64,000 nucleotides of DNA from assembly GCA_965228895.1 (NCBI GenBank), contig OZ245842.1:3072001-3136000 (forward strand), written 5' to 3'. The DNA comes from Alphaproteobacteria bacterium (GTDB taxonomy: Bacteria > Pseudomonadota > Alphaproteobacteria > SP197). A program made the translations under genes and the position numbers. Positions within the stretch are counted from its first letter, which is position 1; every line of letters begins with the position of its first letter. This document shows positions 63,358-64,000 of this stretch, piece after piece. The notes beneath the pieces are model-generated. The model searched no databases and was not told the origin of the DNA. It worked only from the letters and a program-made list of their open reading frames with translations.

Positions 63358-63822
63358 ATGACGGCTACCCTTACCATTGACCAAGCGAGCGCCGAAGACG
63401 CCGCCGTTGTCGCCGATTTTGTCACCCGACTGCTGGCCGAGCTCTTCGACAGCGTGCGCGACGCCGCCGAGATGGAAGCGACCGCGCGCAATCTCTTGGC
63501 GCGCCCGGACCTGTTCACGGCGCTCATCGCGCGGCGCGACGACCGGCCGGTCGGGGTTTTGACTCTGGCGACCTGCGTTTCAGTCTATGCCGGCGGACAG
63601 TTCGGCGAAATTGCCGAGTTGTGCGTCAACCCAGACGAACGCTCAGTCGGGATCGGGGAAGCGCTGATCGCGGCCGCTGCCGCGTATGGGCGTCAACAGG
63701 GATGGTCGCGCCTGGAAGTCGGCGCGCCGCCGGCTGATCGATGGGCGCGCACCGTGGCGTTCTATGAGCGCCACGGCTTTACCGAAATCGGCCCGCGCCT
63801 GGGTCTGACGCTCAACACCTGA
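63358..63822 (+). CDS. GNAT family N-acetyltransferase
   Basis: ELCVNP..RS.GIG, FYERHGF. Confidence 0.88.
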   Translation: MTATLTIDQASAEDAAVVADFVTRLLAELFDSVRDAAEMEATARNLLARPDLFTALIARRDDRPVGVLTLATCVSVYAGGQFGEIAELCVNPDERSVGIGEALIAAAAAYGRQQGWSRLEVGAPPADRWARTVAFYERHGFTEIGPRLGLTLNT

Positions 63823-63825
63823 GCG

Positions 63826-64000
63826 ATGACGTCGCAAAGCCAGACGCCGGCGACGGACGCCCATCATCTGCGCGGCATCGGCTGGATCGTCGTCTCGACC
63901 CTGTGTTTCGCCACCGAAGACAGCATCGCCAAGTGGCTGGGCAGCGAGATCGACCCGATCCAGGTTCTGTTTGTCTACGGCCTCGTGTTGTTGGCCTGGG
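63826..64000 (+). CDS. DMT family transporter (partial, runs off right edge)
   Basis: MTSQSQTPATDAHHLRGIGWIVVSTLCFATEDSIAKWLG..IDPIQVLF; not in ORF track. Confidence 0.75.
   Translation, partial: MTSQSQTPATDAHHLRGIGWIVVSTLCFATEDSIAKWLGSEIDPIQVLFVYGLVLLAW

Overview
High-GC alphaproteobacterial chromosome segment (Rhodospirillales-like gene order; the lineage is an inference). A conserved backbone is present: ltaE-rluD-rpoH, purA, serA-serC, glmM-folP-ftsH-tilS, cpoB-pal-tolBARQ-ybgC-ruvBAC-yebC, DUF1192-qor, trcR (DUF1013) and ispZ. Small accessory blocks interrupt it at most junctions. The left end (1-2280) is the edge of a lower-GC island integrated at the 3' end of tRNA-Glu(CTC). It contains a C-terminal remnant of a large serine recombinase and a >326-aa orphan ORF that the ORF track missed. 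The most striking feature is a tandem array of four diverged plant-type SABATH (Methyltransf_7) SAM-dependent carboxyl methyltransferases (56305-60777), three of them translationally coupled, starting 12 bp after trcR. Other accessory content includes a shortened imelysin/di-heme iron-uptake unit with a Fur-like box, two paralogous MFS exporters, a membrane patatin-like protein, a variant ureohydrolase, and several regulator-target pairs with visible operators. No CRISPR array, rRNA or intact transposase was seen. All calls come from reading motifs by eye; no searches were run.
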